A DNA stretch of 64,000 nucleotides from an uncultured Candidatus Saccharibacteria bacterium (GCA_964634445.1 CAZWJA010000003.1:24019-88018), one strand, 5' to 3'. Shown: positions 34,216 through 44,007, counted from the stretch's first letter. Numbers and translations are program-made. Notes: generated by a model from the letters alone, not told the origin.

Positions 34216-35032
34216 AACTACCCTGTTCCTGCTGGCCAGTATCAGTTAAAGGGTACTGAGACGGATATTGCTGGGGTGCTGGCTGTTGTTGCGGTTGAGG
34301 CTGCTGCTGAAACTGCGGATTGTTAGCTTGCTGCTGGTAATAAGGCTGTGCTGGCTGTTGTTGCTGAAACTGCTGGGGTTGTTGAGGTTGTTGATTTTGG
34401 GGAGGCATCTGCCTGTATTGCGGCTGCATACCCTGGGGTGCAGCATATGACGCGTATGATAGTTCCTGCTCTCTCATTTCAAATTCGCGGCGGCTCATAA
34501 ACTGCTGTCGGGTTTCCAGAATTAACTTGGCATAGTGGTCCGGGTTCGGACAGTAGTCGAAATGGAAATTTTCTTGCTCACCGGCGGTTTCTACCAGCAG
34601 CCGCCCGAAATTCAGCATAGTCGGGAAAAAACCGGCTTTTTGGGCTGTGACATCTTCGATACTGGACACGGCTAATTGGGATATTTTCTTATTAAACAAA
34701 CCTACCTGCAACGTCTGGGTAATAGTTTTGTCGGTCAGGATAATCTTGCTCTGCCGGTAAATAAAAGTTGCTACTAGAAGCATAAAGGAAACAATAACTA
34801 AAACAATTACGACAATCATGGCGATAAGCCCGTATGCATCCGGGTTGTCTTCTTTAGAAATCATTGTCGGCAGTAAGTACAGTACCAGCCCGATCGAAGT
34901 CAGCATCCCGAGCCCAGCTTGGACATACAATTTTATTAGGCCGAACAAGTGCTTCTTAATAACTGCTAGTAGTTTTTCATCAGGATCAACCCGCTCTAAG
35001 GTGTGGGAAAAATCTTGTTTAGGGGGATTCAT
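34181..35032 (-). CDS. Membrane-flanked bacterial PH domain (bPH_2/YdbS-like) protein with Q/P-rich C-terminal tail
   Basis: Two transmembrane helices, then the bPH_2 pattern (IILTDKTITQ...LNFGRLLVETAG). The last ~95 aa are mostly Q/P/N/Y. Confidence 0.65.
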   Translation of the reverse strand: MNPPKQDFSHTLERVDPDEKLLAVIKKHLFGLIKLYVQAGLGMLTSIGLVLYLLPTMISKEDNPDAYGLIAMIVVIVLVIVSFMLLVATFIYRQSKIILTDKTITQTLQVGLFNKKISQLAVSSIEDVTAQKAGFFPTMLNFGRLLVETAGEQENFHFDYCPNPDHYAKLILETRQQFMSRREFEMREQELSYASYAAPQGMQPQYRQMPPQNQQPQQPQQFQQQQPAQPYYQQQANNPQFQQQPQPQQQPAPQQYPSQYPLTDTGQQEQGSSTPGTDYRGPA

Positions 35033-35040
35033 TTGCTACA

Positions 35041-36084
35041 TTATACCAGTGTAGCCTGATTGCTTCCAGAGGTGTTCGCAGTCTTTGGTTTTTTATTTAA
35101 ATGCTTGTAGGCTTTGTTTGTCACTTTCCGTCCTCTTGGTGTACGTTCCAGCAAGCCTATCTGCATGAGATATGGTTCGTAAAAATCCTCGATCGTACTT
35201 CGCTCTTCTGCCGTTAGTGCTGCCAGAGTATCGACACCAACAGGTCCGCCATCATAGCTCTCAATGATTGCATTCAGCAGCATCCGGTCGCCCGGATCAA
35301 GTCCTAGCTCATCTATTTCTAGTAGATCTAAAGCTTGCTGGCTAATGACAGTGTCTATTATTCCGTCGCCGTTGACATCAGCATAGTCGCGCACGCGCCT
35401 AAGCAAACGGTTGGCAATACGTGGCGTCAGTCTAGCCCGGTGTGCCAGTTGTTCCGAAGCCAGCTTATCTATTTTTATCCCGAGTATTTCCGCTGATCTT
35501 TCTAAAATCATTGCGACTTCTTCAGGCTTATAAAATTCTAACCGGTGAATCATGCCGAAACGGTCGCGCAATGGAGCGGCTAAGGCTCCGGTACGAGTTG
35601 TCGCCCCGATCAAAGTAAACTTCGGCAGATCCAACCTCAAGCTTTTGGCACTCGGGCCTTTGCCGAGCATTATATCCAGCTTGAAATCTTCCATGGCACT
35701 GTAGAGTACTTCTTCGACCGAACGGTTTAGACGATGGACCTCGTCAATAAACAATATGTCGCCGTCCTGCAAGTTAGTCAGCAAACTAGCTAGATCACCT
35801 GCCCGCTCAATTGCCGGACCGCTGGTTATTCTAATCTGGGCACCCATTTCATGAGCGATTACGCTCGCCATAGTAGTTTTACCGAGTCCCGGTGGACCGT
35901 AAAGTAGAATATGATCGAGTGCTTCTCCACGTTTTGTGGCTGCGTCTATTGCTAGCTTTATATTCTGTTTAAGTCTTTCCTGACCTATATAATTAGTAAA
36001 GTCTCTAGGTCGAAGCGTCTGTTCAAGTACTTCTTCAACTTCATCCTCGATTACCCCATCGCTAACTATCCGTTCAATTGCCAT
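35041..36084 (-). CDS. ruvB: Holliday junction helicase RuvB
   Basis: [12 protein letters not shown], Walker [10 protein letters not shown], Walker B FIDEVHRL, and a match along the whole length. Confidence 0.96.
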   Translation of the reverse strand: MAIERIVSDGVIEDEVEEVLEQTLRPRDFTNYIGQERLKQNIKLAIDAATKRGEALDHILLYGPPGLGKTTMASVIAHEMGAQIRITSGPAIERAGDLASLLTNLQDGDILFIDEVHRLNRSVEEVLYSAMEDFKLDIMLGKGPSAKSLRLDLPKFTLIGATTRTGALAAPLRDRFGMIHRLEFYKPEEVAMILERSAEILGIKIDKLASEQLAHRARLTPRIANRLLRRVRDYADVNGDGIIDTVISQQALDLLEIDELGLDPGDRMLLNAIIESYDGGPVGVDTLAALTAEERSTIEDFYEPYLMQIGLLERTPRGRKVTNKAYKHLNKKPKTANTSGSNQATLV

Positions 36085-36264
36085 ACACCCATTATACTGG
36101 CGAAGTAAGTTTATTCCTATTTACGCTATAGGTTATTTAAACAAGCTTAAGTAGTTAACTATACTGCAAATTAATTACCCAAAGACAGATAATATATATC
36201 GTGAGATCACTTTGATATCTGTAAGCATATTGACATCGTATTTTTTTAATGCTTTAATAAGTGA

Positions 36265-36855
36265 ATGTCAAAAATTGAAATTATCCGGCCGGTCCTTAGC
36301 ACAAGCGTTAATATTATAAATGAAATGGTTCAGTGGACACTTGCAGATCCATATGAAGCCAAAGCTGACGGCTTATATTTCGAACCCCTTGTAATCCCTC
36401 GATTTACAGATGCTGTTATAGATCCAAACTACCATGTCGATTTAGATAGAATTGAACTTCTAGACAATATTTTAGACCACCGAAGTAGTGAAATCCAAAG
36501 GTCCGTATTACCGAATTTTGGTTTTGCTCCAGGCTATATTACCGAAAAACTAGAATCAGCCGAAGATAAAGACTCAGATGAAATTGAAATTGATTTATTT
36601 CTTTCATTAAGACGGGACGCCCGTTTTAGCAAAATGGTTCCAAAAAAAGTTGTCCGACATTTAGAAGCCTACGATTTTGATGCAGTTAACTCAAACACTC
36701 AGGTTCAATTAAGCAGTCCTTCCGTGAAACTTAGGGCTGGAATTGAAGATTACAAGCTATTCGGCAGTGAATACCTTAACGAATTATCTAGTACATTAGC
36801 TCGTTCGATAGGAACTGTCGGACTGAGCCGACTGACTTTTGGTACAAGTATATAG
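36265..36855 (+). CDS. Hypothetical protein
   Basis: 196-aa ORF on the opposite strand to the ruv genes. No recognisable motif. Confidence 0.45.
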   Translation: MSKIEIIRPVLSTSVNIINEMVQWTLADPYEAKADGLYFEPLVIPRFTDAVIDPNYHVDLDRIELLDNILDHRSSEIQRSVLPNFGFAPGYITEKLESAEDKDSDEIEIDLFLSLRRDARFSKMVPKKVVRHLEAYDFDAVNSNTQVQLSSPSVKLRAGIEDYKLFGSEYLNELSSTLARSIGTVGLSRLTFGTSI

Positions 36856-36888
36856 ATAAAAAATGATTCTAAATTTAGCTATTAGCTA

Positions 36889-37467
36889 CTAACTATTCGC
36901 TAAAGCTTTTTTAATTCTGTCTTCAGTTGGTAATTTAGGATCTATATTACTAAGTGCAGTAACAGCGTCTGAATCGGAATAGCCAAGGGCAATTAAAGCC
37001 TGGACCGCTTCGTCACTAATGTTGAGTCCAGATCTGTTAACTAAATCTTCAGCCGCTCCGCCTACCGGAGCTCCAACTTTATCCCTTAGCTCGACTACCA
37101 TCTGCTCGGCTGCCCGCTTGCCTACGCCTTTGGCAGATTGTAAAAACTTAATATCTCCTCCAGCGATTGCTGCCCGAACTTGGTCACTACTTCCGGAATC
37201 CAGAACTGCCAATGCAACTTTAGGCCCGACATTCTTGACGCTGATTAGCTGCTCGAAGAGCTGCTTTGTAGTTAGCTCTGTAAAACCATATAAATCATGG
37301 GCATCTTCTTTGATATGCTCATGTATATATACTTGGACTTTTGATCCAGGAACTAACAGCAGTTCGTCGGAAATGGTGGTTATTACTCCGTAACCGACTC
37401 CGCCAACATCTATTACACTTTGCCTACCTAGCTTGTTTCCGACTTTGCCACTCAGGCTGACGATCAT
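36889..37467 (-). CDS. ruvA: Holliday junction DNA-binding protein RuvA
   Basis: N-terminal OB fold (MIVSLSGKV...GVGYGV), the HhH pair LISVKNVGPKVA / LQSAKGVGKRAAEQ, and the C-terminal domain III. Confidence 0.9.
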   Translation of the reverse strand: MIVSLSGKVGNKLGRQSVIDVGGVGYGVITTISDELLLVPGSKVQVYIHEHIKEDAHDLYGFTELTTKQLFEQLISVKNVGPKVALAVLDSGSSDQVRAAIAGGDIKFLQSAKGVGKRAAEQMVVELRDKVGAPVGGAAEDLVNRSGLNISDEAVQALIALGYSDSDAVTALSNIDPKLPTEDRIKKALANS

Positions 37468-37874
37468 ATATTCAAGCCTTGGATTTTTTTCGACAGGTCT
37501 GCAAGATCGCTAAACTCAAATGACAGGTCTGTTAGCTGATCGGCATACGTTACAACATCTTTCTGCCTGGCTACAATTACTGGTTTCTTAAGGGCAAGAG
37601 CATAACCTAGTTCCATTAGCTGACCTTCGCTTTTTTCGCCCTTCATAATTAGTACGAACAATCCGTCCATGGCAGCTATTTTTTGAAACGCTTTTTCCAT
37701 TATCTGCCCGGCTGTTGTCTGATTCTTTTCAAATTGTTCTTCGTCAAATAGTGTAGCGTAAGCCTTAATATCTTTTGTCGCCAGGGCTGTTTCTACAACT
37801 CTTATTCTTTGTTCCAATTCGTCTATGTTTTCACCGGTATGCCGGTAAGCAATGAAGTATTTTTTGTCTAGCAT
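37464..37874 (-). CDS. Nucleoside 2-deoxyribosyltransferase-fold protein (NDT-like), copy 2
   Basis: KYFIAYRHTG..., MDGLFVLIM ... SEGQLMELGYALALKKPVIVA. Overlaps the ruvA start by 4 nt (ATGA). It has the same motif layout as 7253..7696. Confidence 0.55.
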   Translation of the reverse strand: MLDKKYFIAYRHTGENIDELEQRIRVVETALATKDIKAYATLFDEEQFEKNQTTAGQIMEKAFQKIAAMDGLFVLIMKGEKSEGQLMELGYALALKKPVIVARQKDVVTYADQLTDLSFEFSDLADLSKKIQGLNI

Positions 37875-37910
37875 ATATCTACCATAGCCTAGAGATTGTA
37901 CTCGGACAAG

Positions 37911-38384
37911 TTATTTGATCGCCATTGAACAGCAGATTGCCGCTGCCAAGGCGTCGGCAGCATCGTCAGGTTTAGGAATTTCCTTAAGCTTTAAAAGCAT
38001 TCTGACCATTTCCTGCATCTGCTTCTTATCCGCCTTTCCGTATCCGGTAATAGCCTGCTTGATCTGCATTGGGGTGTATTCATACAGTTCCATGCCGTAT
38101 TGCTGGCCTAGCAAAAGAACGACACCTCTGGCCTGAGCTACAGTCATTGCAGTAGTAACATTTTTAGCAAAAAACAGTTTCTCAACCGACATTACTTCCG
38201 GTTTGTTCTGGTTGATTATATCTGTCAGTTCTTCAAAGATAGTCACTAACCTGACTGCATCGTCTTCTTTGACGGGCGTTCTAATAACACCGGCATCTAC
38301 AAGTTGAATCTCACCGCGCTTGCTTACATCTATGACTCCGAAACCAAGAATTCCGGTGCCTGGGTCAATTCCTAGGATTCGCAT
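37911..38384 (-). CDS. ruvC: Holliday junction resolvase RuvC
   Basis: MRILGIDPGTGILGFG, the catalytic E in SVEKLFF, and the C-terminal PKPDDAADALAAAIC. Confidence 0.92.
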   Translation of the reverse strand: MRILGIDPGTGILGFGVIDVSKRGEIQLVDAGVIRTPVKEDDAVRLVTIFEELTDIINQNKPEVMSVEKLFFAKNVTTAMTVAQARGVVLLLGQQYGMELYEYTPMQIKQAITGYGKADKKQMQEMVRMLLKLKEIPKPDDAADALAAAICCSMAIK

Positions 38385-38760
38385 GTCTGTTTTTTATCTT
38401 TAATAATAACAAAATAAAACCATACCAAATAATAGCCCAAAAGAATGAGTTAGCCCAATACTGCCAGTAGGTAAACAATTTTGTATTTATCATTAACGAA
38501 AATCTGTTTGGTGAATCGAATTCATAGAAAGTACAAGCATCAACGTAAGTTTTATTTTCTACCGAAAATGGAAAACCTATATCATGTCCTATATAAGCAT
38601 CACTATATACATTTGTACCGTCACAGGGCTGTTTATTTGCTGTATTTCCAAAATTGCTAAATTCATGGTCAAAGTAATATCCATTTCTAATTATCTGAAA
38701 GCTCACTATTGATGTAAATATACCTAGTAGTATGGCAACAATAACTAGTTTCTTATTCAT
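38365..38760 (-). CDS. Hypothetical membrane protein
   Basis: N- and C-terminal transmembrane helices with an aromatic-rich middle. Overlaps the ruvC start by 20 nt. Confidence 0.45.
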   Translation of the reverse strand: MNKKLVIVAILLGIFTSIVSFQIIRNGYYFDHEFSNFGNTANKQPCDGTNVYSDAYIGHDIGFPFSVENKTYVDACTFYEFDSPNRFSLMINTKLFTYWQYWANSFFWAIIWYGFILLLLKIKNRHANPRN

Positions 38761-38825
38761 ATTAGTTACTATTATGGCACAATATCTAAAACTAGATTGC
38801 CAATCATGCTTATGAAATTAATATA

Positions 38826-39560
38826 TTAGATTTTAGAAGCATTTTCTTCAGCTATATCAAAATTGACATGCGTATTACTGACGTCATCCAGGCTTTCCAG
38901 CGCATCCATGATTCGCATAATCTTGCCGGCGGTAGCTTCATCGGTTACTTCTACCGTACTGTTTGGAACGAATGTCAGTTCGGATTCAAGTATATCCAGT
39001 CCTTGGTCTTTTAATGTATCTCTAACTTTATTGAGATCTTTGGGATTGGTATATATAACTGATTCTTCGTTTTCTTCATGCATGTCTTCGGCACCAGCAT
39101 CAATGGCTTGAAGCATGAGTTCATCACCGGAACCTTTTACTCGGATCATACCTTTGCGGTCAAACTGGAAGGCAACTGCGCCTTTTTCAGCAATATTGCC
39201 GCCGTGCTTAGAAAAAGCCAAGCGGACCTCTGGATAAGTCCGGTTAAGATTGTCGGTCGCGCATTCGACAAGAATAGCTACGCCGCCAGGACCATAACCT
39301 TCGTACATGACTTCCTGAATCTGCTCGCCGCCTAGTTTGCCGGATCCGCGGTCAATGCTGCGCTGGATGTTGGCCATTGGCATATTGGCAGATTTGGCTT
39401 TGTCGATCGCCAATCGCAGCGTAAAGTTCATTTCCGGATCAGCCCCGGCACGGGCAGCTATTGCAATGGCGTTACCAAGTTTCGTAAATATGGCGCCCCG
39501 GGCAGCATCTTTAGCTCCCTTTTGCCGCTTGATCGTTGACCACTTGGAATGTCCAGACAT
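38826..39560 (-). CDS. YebC/PmpR-family transcriptional regulator
   Basis: MSGHSKWSTIKRQKGAKDAARG... is a family hallmark. It sits in the conserved position upstream of ruvC. Confidence 0.93.
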   Translation of the reverse strand: MSGHSKWSTIKRQKGAKDAARGAIFTKLGNAIAIAARAGADPEMNFTLRLAIDKAKSANMPMANIQRSIDRGSGKLGGEQIQEVMYEGYGPGGVAILVECATDNLNRTYPEVRLAFSKHGGNIAEKGAVAFQFDRKGMIRVKGSGDELMLQAIDAGAEDMHEENEESVIYTNPKDLNKVRDTLKDQGLDILESELTFVPNSTVEVTDEATAGKIMRIMDALESLDDVSNTHVNFDIAEENASKI

Positions 39561-39569
39561 ATTTATTCC

Positions 39570-40994
39570 TCAAACTAACTGTTTTCTATCTGTTAGTTTA
39601 GCATTTAATGGCGTCTTTTTCCAGAGTACAAGAATAATCAACATTACTAATATATAGCTATAAATAAGCTGTAAAGCAGTTAAAGATATCTCGATCGATG
39701 CTTTAGGCAGTTTTGCGAACAGGCGTATCAAATCGACAATATAGGTCATTAGTAGATTTGCCGGCCAGGCTAGCCACCCGGCTAATGCCGGTGTCAGCCA
39801 TCCGGCCATTCCGGCAATTAGACAAAGTCCCATAGCCAATGGAACGAGCGGGATAATAAACATGTTTGCGAGCAGTGAGATTATAGATAACTTGCCAAAG
39901 ATAAACATTATCAAGGGCAGGGTTAAAAGCTGGGCTGAAAAAGTCTCGACAAACATACTGGCAATAGCTTTGGGTTCGGTTTTAAAGAAACGCCGGGTAA
40001 TTAAAGGACCAAGCACCAGCACACCGGCAAAGGCAAGAAAGGACAAGTGCCAGCCGATGTCGCTCCACAAATATGGCGGGAAGTAGCCGGCTGTAATAAC
40101 TGCCGACAAAAGCAACAGTAAAACCGGCTTGAACTTGCGGCCGAAGTACCAAGCCCAAAGGCTCAGGATACTGACGATTGACGCCCTGACAATTGACGCA
40201 CTGAATCCCGTAACTAGCAGGAACGATCCTATTAATAACAAAGTTAGAATTGTTGACTGGTATTTGGACCGTTTTCGCGTCAAGCGGTGGGCCAGATTTA
40301 CCATAATAGTTAGGTTGTAGCCGCTGACTGCCACTATATGCGTCAGTCCGACAATGGAAATCTGCTGGGTAAGGGAATCGGGCAGGGTAGTCCTCTGCCC
40401 TATCAGAATTCCTAACCCGAAGGATCCTAATGGTTCAGGCATGGCATTTTGGATACCGGCCGCAAACTGGCGCCTTATTTTATCTATATTAGAATTTCCG
40501 GACTGAATTTTATTAATCTCGGCGAAGCTGATATTTGCCTGCCTACTACCCTTTGCAATTCGTATCTTGCCGCTTATATTTAATTTATCGCCCTTGTAGA
40601 CCATTGATTCACCGTAGCCTTTGACAGCAATCGTGCCGATCAGCTCTTTTTTGTAAGGTTTGCTTACTACAATGTTTCCGGCATCAAAACTTAGCTGGCC
40701 TTTATCGCCGTAAACTGAGTCTGAAGATGCAGTGGCCGAAAATTCTACTTTCTGACTTGTCAGACTTACGTAATCGTTGATCTTGTTCATATAAACGCTA
40801 CCCCTTAAGATCCCCAGTAACGTAAACAGCAATATTAATCCGGCTATTCTCAACTTCCGGATAAGTATTAGGCAGCAAGAGAAAAACACCAGCAAGATTG
40901 CCGATATTCCCAAGTTCAGCTGATGCTTTCGAGACAATACTAATCCCACCAGAAACCCGAGTAAACACATAGAGATAACAGTTGTTTGCCGCAT
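39570..40994 (-). CDS. comEC: ComEC/Rec2-family DNA internalisation channel (no C-terminal MBL domain)
   Basis: N-terminal transmembrane helices plus an OB-like DUF4131 region, then a polytopic competence domain (GLTHIVAVSGYNLTI). The start is set at MRQTTV (40994). At ~474 aa it ends right after the membrane domain. Confidence 0.78.
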   Translation of the reverse strand: MRQTTVISMCLLGFLVGLVLSRKHQLNLGISAILLVFFSCCLILIRKLRIAGLILLFTLLGILRGSVYMNKINDYVSLTSQKVEFSATASSDSVYGDKGQLSFDAGNIVVSKPYKKELIGTIAVKGYGESMVYKGDKLNISGKIRIAKGSRQANISFAEINKIQSGNSNIDKIRRQFAAGIQNAMPEPLGSFGLGILIGQRTTLPDSLTQQISIVGLTHIVAVSGYNLTIMVNLAHRLTRKRSKYQSTILTLLLIGSFLLVTGFSASIVRASIVSILSLWAWYFGRKFKPVLLLLLSAVITAGYFPPYLWSDIGWHLSFLAFAGVLVLGPLITRRFFKTEPKAIASMFVETFSAQLLTLPLIMFIFGKLSIISLLANMFIIPLVPLAMGLCLIAGMAGWLTPALAGWLAWPANLLMTYIVDLIRLFAKLPKASIEISLTALQLIYSYILVMLIILVLWKKTPLNAKLTDRKQLV

Positions 40995-41150
40995 TTGTTT
41001 ACCCTTGCCCATGTAAGAAATAAATATATGCTCATTAGTTCTTATAAACAAAAGCAATAATAATCTTGTCTAGATTGACTTTTTACTAAAAAAATAGATA
41101 ATGTAAGGAGTTAATTTCCCATTTTGGTAAATAAACTAACCAAAACAAAT

Positions 41151-41227
41151 GGGTCCATAGCTCAGCTGGTTAGAGCACCTGCCTTTTAAGCAGGGTGTCG
41201 TGGGTTCGAGTCCCACTGGACCCTCCA
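41151..41227 (+). tRNA. tRNA-Lys (anticodon UUU), CCA encoded
   Basis: Cloverleaf: GGGTCCA/TGGACCC acceptor, GCTC-AGCTGGTTA-GAGC, CCTGC-CTTTTAA-GCAGG, GTGTC, GTGGG-TTCGAGT-CCCAC, discriminator T, CCA. Confidence 0.92.
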
Positions 41228-41260
41228 ATAACATCCATGATCTGATATACTTAGTGCACT

Positions 41261-41500
41261 ATGAGCGAGGATCAATTCACTAAACTATACAAGTACATGC
41301 AAGATGAATTTAAACTTGTACGTGATGATGTAGGTGAAGTAAAAGAGATGGTCCGCGGATTACACAGTTCGGTAGATAGTTACGCCAAGCAAGTACTTGA
41401 TATTACGCAAGAGCATCTAATGCTGGCACGCAAAGTCGAGCGCATGGAGCAATGGCTTCAACAAGTAGCTGCAAAGACGGGTGTTAAGTTAGAATATTAG
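41261..41500 (+). CDS. Hypothetical coiled-coil protein (tail motif AAKTGVKLEY)
   Basis: 79-aa helical ORF. Its C-terminal tail is similar to that of 10410..10736. Confidence 0.45.
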   Translation: MSEDQFTKLYKYMQDEFKLVRDDVGEVKEMVRGLHSSVDSYAKQVLDITQEHLMLARKVERMEQWLQQVAAKTGVKLEY

Positions 41501-41578
41501 AAATAATTTTTATGCTTGGTAAGGCAAGTAAAGTTTTTCTAAACTACCCCAGTGAGCCCACCAAAAATACTTTTTTTT

Positions 41579-42196
41579 ATGACTAAACCCAATCTCGACG
41601 AAATACAAAAACTCGTTCATCAATTAGTGCTGCCGTTCTATTTAATTAATAGAGATATGGATATTCAAATAACTGATACGGTACATCGCAAGGAAACTGA
41701 TGCGGAACACGCATGGTCTATTGCAATAGTGGCATGTAGCATAGCACCGCTTATCGATAGTAAACTGGATGTCGGTAAAATTGCACAATTGGCCGTAGTA
41801 CACGATCTTGTTGAGATTTACGCTGGAGACGTATCAATTTGGGGTTCAGAAGAAGAATTAGCACAGAAGGAGAATCGTGAAAAACAGTCTTTCGGTAAAA
41901 TAATAGAAGAGTTTTCAAAATTTCCATGGCTAATTACAAACATCGAAGAATATGAAAATAAAACTTCTAATGAGGCCTTATTTGTTTACGCGGTCGACAA
42001 ATTAGTCCCATTCTTTTTTAGGATTTTAGTTAAACCACAACCGTTCGAAAGAAAAAAAATAACAATAGAAGATTTTGAAAAAGGAATTCAAGCTTCTCGA
42101 AAAAAAGCTAAAAGCAATGTAGACATAGGTAAGTATTTTGATGAAATGCTCGAGGTATTTATGAAGCATCCTGAATACTTCTATTCTAAAAAATAA
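41579..42196 (+). CDS. HD-domain phosphohydrolase (YfbR-like 5'-deoxynucleotidase family)
   Basis: H...HD...D metal ligands (TDAEHAWSIAIVA, VHDLVEIYAGD, YAVDKL). The ATG at 41579 is preferred over the track's upstream GTG. Confidence 0.65.
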   Translation: MTKPNLDEIQKLVHQLVLPFYLINRDMDIQITDTVHRKETDAEHAWSIAIVACSIAPLIDSKLDVGKIAQLAVVHDLVEIYAGDVSIWGSEEELAQKENREKQSFGKIIEEFSKFPWLITNIEEYENKTSNEALFVYAVDKLVPFFFRILVKPQPFERKKITIEDFEKGIQASRKKAKSNVDIGKYFDEMLEVFMKHPEYFYSKK

Positions 42197-42425
42197 AAAC
42201 TGAGTAAGCACTTATTGCTTTTGAATCTTATTAAAAGCATCTATGTCACTTAATGATCCCTCATTATGTTTCTTAGGTTAAATAGTTAATTTTAACTTTA
42301 GTACTTTTTTAAAGTATTATCTGTTTCGTTACTAATAATTACTACTTTTTAATTCATTGTAATATATTTAACAAATATAGAGGTTGTAACGGAATAGAAT
42401 ACTTTTTGAGTACATAATAGGAGAT

Positions 42426-43610
42426 TTGGTGGAAGTGACAAAAACCAAGACCAAGACATTGCGAACAAAACACAGCGAAGCTTTAGTGGAATTAGACAAA
42501 TACAAACTGCTTGTTGAAAGCATCCAAGATTATGCAATTTTTCTTTTGGATAACGATGGCTACATCCAGTCCTGGAATATTGGGGCTGAGAGAAATAAGG
42601 GGTATAAGCCTAATGAAATAATCGGCCAGCATTTCTCTGTTTTTTATATGGCAGAAGATATCAAAGCTGGTAAACCAGATAAAGAGCTAGTTATTGCTAA
42701 GCAGTACGGCCGGGTCGAAGATGAAGACTGGCGGGTCAGAAAAGATGGCAGTCGGTTTTGGGCTAGCGTATTAATTACCGCCCTGTTTGACAGCTCAGGC
42801 GAGCATGTCGGTTTTGCAAAAGTAACTAGAGACCTTACTGAAAGAAAGCTGCACGAAGACGAACTTAGACGGGCTAACTCTCAGCTAAAAGCTCAGAGTA
42901 ACGAGCTGGAGCGCCTAAACCAGTCAAAAGACGATTTCATTTCCCTTGCTTCCCACCAGTTAAGAACTCCAGCAACAGTAGTCAAGCAAATGCTAGGACT
43001 TTTCACTGACGGCATATTAAATACTCTGGATGAACCCAGCTACAACATTGTCAGCAAAGCCTACATAAGCAACGAGCGCTTAATCTCAATCATTAACAGC
43101 TTGCTTAAAGTAGCCCAGGTTGATTCCGGAAAGATGAAGTTAAAAAAGACCATGTTCAACCTAAACAACATGATTCTGGATATAATTAGCGACTTCAAAG
43201 ATGATATCGCCGACCGTCAGCAGCATATAGAATTCAAAAGCAACAGAAAGTCTATTCCTGTAATTGCCGATATGCAGAACCTTCGGATGGCAATTGAGAA
43301 TATTATCAGCAATGCCTCTAAATACACTTTTGATAACGGTACCATTGCCATTAAAGTACATAAGTCGGCAAAAAACATAACTATCTCAATAACTGACAAC
43401 GGTGTAGGTATTCCAAGTAATGAGATCGGCAAGCTGTTTGTTAAGTTTGCCAGGCTACAGAACGACTTGTCAGACAAAGTCGGCGGTACCGGACTTGGAC
43501 TATACTGGTCTAACAAGATAATTGAGATGCACAAAGGCAGAATTGAAGTCGAGTCAAGTCTGAATAACGGATCAATATTTAAAGTTTTTTTGCCGATTGG
43601 AGACAAATAA
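42426..43610 (+). CDS. Cytoplasmic PAS-domain sensor histidine kinase
   Basis: PAS (DNDGYIQSWNIGAERNKGY...), H-box SLASHQLRTPAT, N box NASKYT and the G boxes DNGVGI / GGTGLGL. No transmembrane segment. The exact start is uncertain (TTG/GTG cluster at 42426-42437). Confidence 0.85.
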   Translation: MVEVTKTKTKTLRTKHSEALVELDKYKLLVESIQDYAIFLLDNDGYIQSWNIGAERNKGYKPNEIIGQHFSVFYMAEDIKAGKPDKELVIAKQYGRVEDEDWRVRKDGSRFWASVLITALFDSSGEHVGFAKVTRDLTERKLHEDELRRANSQLKAQSNELERLNQSKDDFISLASHQLRTPATVVKQMLGLFTDGILNTLDEPSYNIVSKAYISNERLISIINSLLKVAQVDSGKMKLKKTMFNLNNMILDIISDFKDDIADRQQHIEFKSNRKSIPVIADMQNLRMAIENIISNASKYTFDNGTIAIKVHKSAKNITISITDNGVGIPSNEIGKLFVKFARLQNDLSDKVGGTGLGLYWSNKIIEMHKGRIEVESSLNNGSIFKVFLPIGDK

Positions 43611-43614
43611 AGAT

Positions 43615-43989
43615 ATGAGAAAAATACTAGTAGTTGAAGACGATGAAATGCTGAGGGAAAGCTATAGCATTATTTTGTCGACAGAGCCGTATAATCTTTT
43701 TGTGGTCAGCGACGGCGACGAAGCTTTAAAGATATGTGAAGATAATAACTTCGACCTGATACTACTGGATCTTATGATGCCACGAGTCGACGGAGTGTCA
43801 TTCCTGAAGAAATACAAAAGCAAAGTTGAGCGATTGCCTAAAATAATACTACTTAGTAATTTATCTTCAGGTGAATTACTCAACCAAGCTTTGAAACTAG
43901 GCGCCTACAAGAACGTGCTAAAAGCTGATTTGTCACCCAAACAGTTAATATCTCTGGTCAAATACGAGCTAGAACCAGTTGTCACTTAG
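43615..43989 (+). CDS. Stand-alone response-regulator receiver domain (CheY-like)
   Basis: MRKILVVEDDE, phospho-acceptor LILLDLMMP and the conserved K in VLKADL. There is no output domain. The ATG at 43615 is preferred, with GGAGA 12 nt upstream. Confidence 0.85.
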   Translation: MRKILVVEDDEMLRESYSIILSTEPYNLFVVSDGDEALKICEDNNFDLILLDLMMPRVDGVSFLKKYKSKVERLPKIILLSNLSSGELLNQALKLGAYKNVLKADLSPKQLISLVKYELEPVVT

Positions 43990-44007
43990 ATTATATTTCT
44001 AATTAAA

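Noticed and set aside
34246-34450. Two 60-66-aa ORFs (both strands) within the Q/P-rich tail region.
   Set aside because: They are artefacts of the CAG/CTG-rich low-complexity DNA. The in-frame continuation of the bPH-domain protein explains the region.
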